Source: Escherichia coli
GTDB taxonomy: Bacteria > Pseudomonadota > Gammaproteobacteria > Enterobacterales > Enterobacteriaceae
Assembly (NCBI RefSeq): GCF_003334305.1
Contig: NZ_QOWS01000053.1
Length of the DNA stretch: 3,207 nt
Direction: 5' to 3' (one strand)
Made by a program: the position numbers and the translations under genes. The notes beneath the pieces were generated by a model that ran no database searches, was not told the origin of the DNA, and saw only the letters and a program-made list of their open reading frames with translations. Shown here in pieces: positions 1 to 3,207 of this stretch. How positions within the stretch are numbered: the stretch's first letter is position 1; each line of letters opens with the position of its first letter.

Positions 1-800
1 GGAGCGATCATGCGAAACTCTGGCTGATCTGTGTAAGCGTCCAGTTTGTCTGCAAAGAAGACTATTTCTGGATCATAAAATTCCGGTTGATTCAGCGTCG
101 ACAGAGAGGCTTCTCCCTGCATAATCCGTTGATTAAACGCCAGCCACTGGGCGGTGGGATTAACATGCGAAGGTACTGATTCACGCAACCTTAATATTTC
201 GTCCGGTATATTCTGGCTGAACGTAGCATTTGGTATATATGCATAATTCATGTGGCACATATATTGTAGTGGCATATCTACAGAAGCCAGATTGGTTACG
301 GCCATCTTAATATCGAACAATGTAGAGGATTTGTGAAGGACCACTGTTGGCTGAGCCAGATAATGATGCCCGAACCCCATTACATACTCGTAACGCCCGG
401 TAAGGCGTAACATATCTCCCTCTAATTCCATCCATGCTTCATCCATCGCGGCACAGGCCATTTCACCGTGTAGCAGATGAGTATCTTCCGCAGATGGGCA
501 GCCATTAGCCAGCAAACCTGAATGAAAGGCAAAACAGCCATAGGTCTCTATCACCTCTGTCGCCGGTTTAGGCTGGCGAAACATATTGCACATGGTGAGA
601 CTGTGTCCATCAAATTGCGCATCCCAAATCATCTGCCCCATCCAGGGAAGAATAATTAAATGTCCACGACTGTTTGCAATTTTAAGCCCCTCGACACCAC
701 TGTCATAGCGAAAAGACGTGACAGTAAAATCACTATTTTCCAGCAAGATACGAGGTTTTTCGCCAAAAAGCGCCCGCCACAAATTAATACGCGTACTCAT
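1..800 (-). CDS. deoX: Third operon gene, 5' portion only (266 codons in window, 3' end beyond the left edge); deoX-like protein of unassigned biochemical function, possibly a sugar mutarotase-like enzyme
   Basis: Seen in sequence: translating the minus strand by hand from ATG 800..798 gives an open frame with no stop down to position 3. N-terminus MSTRINLWRALFGEKPRILLENSDFTVTSFRYDSGVEGLKIANSRGHLIILPWMGQMIWDAQFDGH...; the last residues in the window are ...LDAYTDQPEFRMIA. A strong Shine-Dalgarno GAGGAG (813..808) lies 7 nt upstream and overlaps the permease stop codon. This ORF is absent from the supplied ORF track, presumably because it has no stop in the window. The deoX name is from operon position only. 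Confidence 0.7.
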   Translation of the reverse strand, partial: MSTRINLWRALFGEKPRILLENSDFTVTSFRYDSGVEGLKIANSRGHLIILPWMGQMIWDAQFDGHSLTMCNMFRQPKPATEVIETYGCFAFHSGLLANGCPSAEDTHLLHGEMACAAMDEAWMELEGDMLRLTGRYEYVMGFGHHYLAQPTVVLHKSSTLFDIKMAVTNLASVDMPLQYMCHMNYAYIPNATFSQNIPDEILRLRESVPSHVNPTAQWLAFNQRIMQGEASLSTLNQPEFYDPEIVFFADKLDAYTDQPEFRMIA

Positions 801-807
801 AACGGTT

Positions 808-813
808 CTCCTC
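808..813 (-). promoter_or_regulatory. Ribosome-binding site for the third gene (GAGGAG), overlapping the deoP stop codon
   Basis: Seen in sequence: minus-strand 5'-TGAGGAGAACCGTT-ATG-3', where TGA (814..812) is the permease stop. Confidence 0.7.
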
Positions 814-2128
814 AGGACGCTGTGACTTCAGCCAGTGCGGTACGTACTTTGCTTTCACGCCAGAAGTAGACTCCGACATAGACAAAGCAGAGCATAGAAA
901 CCAGGAATGAAAGCTGAAGTGAGTGGAACATATCTGCAATATATCCCTGAATTGCCGGAACCACAGCGGCGCCGACAATAGCCATAACAATGACTGCTCC
1001 TGCCATTTCTGTATGTTCGTTATCAACTGTATCCAGTGTTCCTGCATAGATCGTCGCCCAGCAAGGGCCAAACAAAACACTTACCAGGACGGCGACATAG
1101 ACCGCGCTGAAACTTGGAGCCAGTGCAACATATGCCAGGAACAGCGCCCCTATAACGGAATAGAGAATCAATACTTTTTCCGGATTAAAACGCGTCATAA
1201 GGATGTTGGCTATAAACTTGCCAATAAAGAAGCAGGCAAAGCTATAGACCATGAAGTTTGAAGCATCACGTTCGTTGATATCGCCCAACTCCAGCGCCAG
1301 ACGGATGGTAAATGACCATACTGCGACCTGCATACCCACATAAAGGAATTGAGCCACAATACCACGACGAAAGCGCGAATTTTTAGCCAGATAGCGCAGC
1401 GTATCCATTGCTGACGGGCGTTTATGGTGACTTGTCTGTGCCACTTTACAGGTTGGGAAGCGGGTTAAAAGGAACAACACCATGACCACAACCAGAATCA
1501 TAATCATATACTTATACGGTTCAAGGGTGTTCTCTAACATCAGCACCTTAAAGTTGTGAATTTGCTCGGCGTTCATTCCGGACATCTGCTTCTCAAGGCT
1601 TTCCCCCTCGGAGAAAACCAGATATTTGCCCAATAAAATACCAGACGCAGCACCAATCGGATAAAAGGTCTGGCTGATATTGAGCCGCAATGTGGCATAG
1701 GCTTTTGGACCGATCATTGAACTGTATGTGTTCGCTGCAGTTTCAAGGAAACTCAGGCCAATCGCAATCGCAAAAATAGCTGCAAGGAACATAGTGTAGG
1801 TTGCCATATGCGAGGCAGGGAAAAAAAGTGTACAACCACCAATATACAGCGTCAGGCCAATTAAAATTGCCACCTTATAACTGGTCTTTTTAATCACAAG
1901 GGATGCTGGTATTGCAATTAAAAAATAACCTCCATAAAATGCGCTCTGCACCAATGCTGAAGCAAAGTTACTTAGCGAAAATACACTTTTGAATTGAGTG
2001 ATTAATATGTCATTTAATGCAGCTGCGCATCCCCATAGCGGGAATAAACACGATAACAAAATAAACTGGAACAAGGGAGTCTTATTCAGATATCCATCAG
2101 GCATCTGAATGATGTTTTTATCGTTCAT
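812..2128 (-). CDS. deoP: MFS transporter of the L-fucose permease (FucP) family; putative deoxyribose:H+ permease (438 aa)
   Basis: Seen in sequence: intact 438-aa ORF, stop TGA at 814..812. The protein is hydrophobic throughout with many predicted membrane-spanning segments. Its N-terminal region (LFPLWGCAAALNDILITQFKSVFSLSNFASALVQSAFYGGYF) aligns by eye with my recollection of E. coli FucP (LFFLWAVANNLNDILLPQFQQAFTLTNFQAGLIQSAFYFGYF). Shine-Dalgarno AAGGT (2139..2135) lies 6 nt upstream of the ATG at 2128. It sits 27 bp downstream of the kinase stop on the same strand. Confidence 0.85.
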   Translation of the reverse strand: MNDKNIIQMPDGYLNKTPLFQFILLSCLFPLWGCAAALNDILITQFKSVFSLSNFASALVQSAFYGGYFLIAIPASLVIKKTSYKVAILIGLTLYIGGCTLFFPASHMATYTMFLAAIFAIAIGLSFLETAANTYSSMIGPKAYATLRLNISQTFYPIGAASGILLGKYLVFSEGESLEKQMSGMNAEQIHNFKVLMLENTLEPYKYMIMILVVVMVLFLLTRFPTCKVAQTSHHKRPSAMDTLRYLAKNSRFRRGIVAQFLYVGMQVAVWSFTIRLALELGDINERDASNFMVYSFACFFIGKFIANILMTRFNPEKVLILYSVIGALFLAYVALAPSFSAVYVAVLVSVLFGPCWATIYAGTLDTVDNEHTEMAGAVIVMAIVGAAVVPAIQGYIADMFHSLQLSFLVSMLCFVYVGVYFWRESKVRTALAEVTAS

Positions 2129-2134
2129 AGTGCT

Positions 2135-2139
2135 ACCTT
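2135..2139 (-). promoter_or_regulatory. Ribosome-binding site for the permease gene (AAGGT on the minus strand)
   Basis: Seen in sequence: minus-strand 5'-AAAGGTAGCACT-ATG-3'. Confidence 0.6.
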
Positions 2140-2155
2140 TAACTGTGCAGGATGA

Positions 2156-3076
2156 TTATTCGTTTAAGGTTAAAAATTCATTAAATTGTTCAATACTCGG
2201 ATAAGATGATTGCGTACCTTTCCCTGTGACGCTGAAAGCGGCAAAGAGAGCGGCTTTTTTCAAAGCGGCTTCAACATCACCGCTTTGAACATAATAATGG
2301 GAAAAGCAACCAATAAATGCATCACCAGCGCCACTAGTATCAACAGCATTTACTTTGAATGCAGGAACATGGACTTCCTGATCGCGGGTCATCCATAATG
2401 CGCCTTTTTCGCTCATGGTAACAATAATATTGTTCAGCCCTTTATCAACTAACGAACGCGCAGCCAAACGAATATGATCATAAGTATCAACCGACATACC
2501 TGTTAATATTTCCAGTTCTGTTTCATTCGGGATAAAGAAATCACATTTGCAGGCATAAGACATATCTAACTCACGCAATGCCGGAGCCGGATTTAATAAC
2601 ACTTCAATACCATTTTTCTTACCAAACTCAATCGCGTGGTAAACTGTTTCCAGTTGAACTTCCAGTTGTAAAACGATCAATTTGCATTTTTTCAGATCTT
2701 CTGCAGCTCGATCGATATCTTCCGGGGAAAGAAATTTATTCGCTCCCTTAATTATTAATATACTATTGCTCGAGTTGGCATTAACAAAGATCGGTGCAAC
2801 ACCACTGCTGGTACAGGGGACCTTCTCAACATAAGTGGTATTAATTCCCCATGATTCAAGATTACGAATAGTATTATCCGCAAAAATATCATCACCTACT
2901 TTAGTCAGCATCAGGACTTTTGAATTCAATTTAGCCGCCGCCACCGCTTGATTAGCACCTTTCCCACCACATCCGATTTTGAAGGCAGGTGCTTCCAGAG
3001 TTTCTCCTTCTTTAGGCATCTGATTAGTGTAAGTAATGAGATCCACCATATTGGAACCAATAACTGCAATGTCCAT
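2156..3076 (-). CDS. deoK: Ribokinase/PfkB-family sugar kinase, most likely deoxyribokinase (306 aa from ATG at 3076; the ORF track's 315-aa version starts at 3103)
   Basis: Seen in sequence: intact ORF with stop TAA at 2158..2156. Ribokinase-family motifs are present in the translation: N-terminal MDIAVIGSNMVD, GGKGANQAVAAAKL, NPAP, NETE and the C-terminal DTSGAGDAF signature. The ATG at 3076 has a Shine-Dalgarno AAGAGGT (3089..3083) 7 nt upstream; the ATG at 3103 has none. Substrate (deoxyribose rather than ribose) is inferred only from operon context with a FucP-like permease. Confidence 0.85.
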   Translation of the reverse strand: MDIAVIGSNMVDLITYTNQMPKEGETLEAPAFKIGCGGKGANQAVAAAKLNSKVLMLTKVGDDIFADNTIRNLESWGINTTYVEKVPCTSSGVAPIFVNANSSNSILIIKGANKFLSPEDIDRAAEDLKKCKLIVLQLEVQLETVYHAIEFGKKNGIEVLLNPAPALRELDMSYACKCDFFIPNETELEILTGMSVDTYDHIRLAARSLVDKGLNNIIVTMSEKGALWMTRDQEVHVPAFKVNAVDTSGAGDAFIGCFSHYYVQSGDVEAALKKAALFAAFSVTGKGTQSSYPSIEQFNEFLTLNE

Positions 3077-3082
3077 TTCACT

Positions 3083-3089
3083 ACCTCTT
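3083..3089 (-). promoter_or_regulatory. Ribosome-binding site for the kinase gene (AAGAGGT on the minus strand)
   Basis: Seen in sequence: minus-strand 5'-TAAGAGGTAGTGAA-ATG-3', with GAGG 7 nt before the ATG at 3076. Confidence 0.7.
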
Positions 3090-3207
3090 ATAAACTTTCG
3101 CATAACAATGGTATTTAAATAACATTAGCATGTTACTTTTGCATCATTTGTGACTGAGATCGCGATTAGCACATCAACCCGATGTTTATTTAATAGACTT
3201 CCAGTCT
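3090..3207 (-). promoter_or_regulatory. 5' leader and promoter/operator region of the operon (partial; continues beyond the right edge)
   Basis: Seen in sequence: AT-rich non-coding stretch upstream of the first gene. A candidate extended -10 (TGcTAATGT, minus strand 3130..3122) is present, but I found no convincing -35 hexamer. Exact promoter elements cannot be fixed by eye. Confidence 0.4.
3120..3135. repeat. Perfect 6-bp inverted repeat TAACAT-tagc-ATGTTA; candidate repressor operator
   Basis: Seen in sequence: 3120..3125 TAACAT and 3130..3135 ATGTTA are exact reverse complements separated by 4 bp. The repeat overlaps the candidate -10 element. Confidence 0.35.

Noticed and set aside
660-869. 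69-aa plus-strand ORF from the supplied track
   Set aside because: It lies antisense across the permease stop and third-gene start junction, has no recognisable RBS and its product has low-complexity basic composition. It is a shadow ORF on the strand opposite two well-supported genes.
784-1080. 98-aa minus-strand ORF from the supplied track
   Set aside because: It sits in a different reading frame from the permease on the same strand and is entirely contained in the permease 3' end and the third-gene start. It is an out-of-frame artefact.
923-1261. 112-aa cysteine-rich plus-strand ORF (MEHICNISLNCRNHSG...)
   Set aside because: It is fully antisense to the permease coding sequence. The cysteine and histidine richness is what antisense reading of hydrophobic-codon-rich membrane-protein DNA produces; there is no RBS or independent support.
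2210-2398. 62-aa plus-strand ORF from the supplied track
   Set aside because: It is antisense and internal to the kinase gene, short, and without an RBS.
3159-3166. 8-bp perfect palindrome ATCGCGAT containing a GATC (Dam) site in the leader
   Set aside because: An 8-bp palindrome is expected by chance at roughly this frequency in about 130 bp of sequence. With no partner site or positional argument I do not call it regulatory.
3124-3171. Direct repeat of ATTAGCA (3124..3130 and 3165..3171), about 41 bp apart in the leader
   Set aside because: A single 7-mer repeat is within chance expectation in AT-rich DNA, and the flanks diverge immediately (tgtt versus catc). The first copy is already covered by the inverted repeat. 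It could be revisited if footprinting shows two protected regions.
1-3207. Searched for tRNA/rRNA genes, CRISPR repeats, IS-element inverted repeats, REP elements and rho-independent terminators
   Set aside because: I recognised no repeat-spacer periodicity, no tRNA-like structure, no terminal inverted repeats and no GC-rich hairpin followed by a T-tract. The window is almost entirely coding with short intergenic spacers.

Overview
The window holds most of a three-gene sugar-catabolism operon, all on the minus strand and transcribed right to left: a ribokinase/PfkB-family kinase (2156..3076), a FucP-type MFS permease (812..2128), and a third gene running off the left edge (800..1, 3' end missing). 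Kinase, then FucP-like permease, then a third gene matches the 2-deoxy-D-ribose utilisation operon deoK-deoP-deoX (deoQKPX regulon) described in Salmonella enterica and pathogenic E. coli and absent from E. coli K-12. That identification is from memory of the locus, not from a database search. The operon's 5' regulatory region is 3077..3207; by that model the divergent regulator deoQ would lie beyond the right edge. I found no RNA genes, CRISPR arrays, mobile-element ends or terminators. I do not see an undescribed system here. The least understood parts are the third gene (deoX-like, biochemical role unassigned to my knowledge) and the promoter/operator architecture. The four other ORFs in the supplied track are out-of-frame or antisense shadows of the three real genes.
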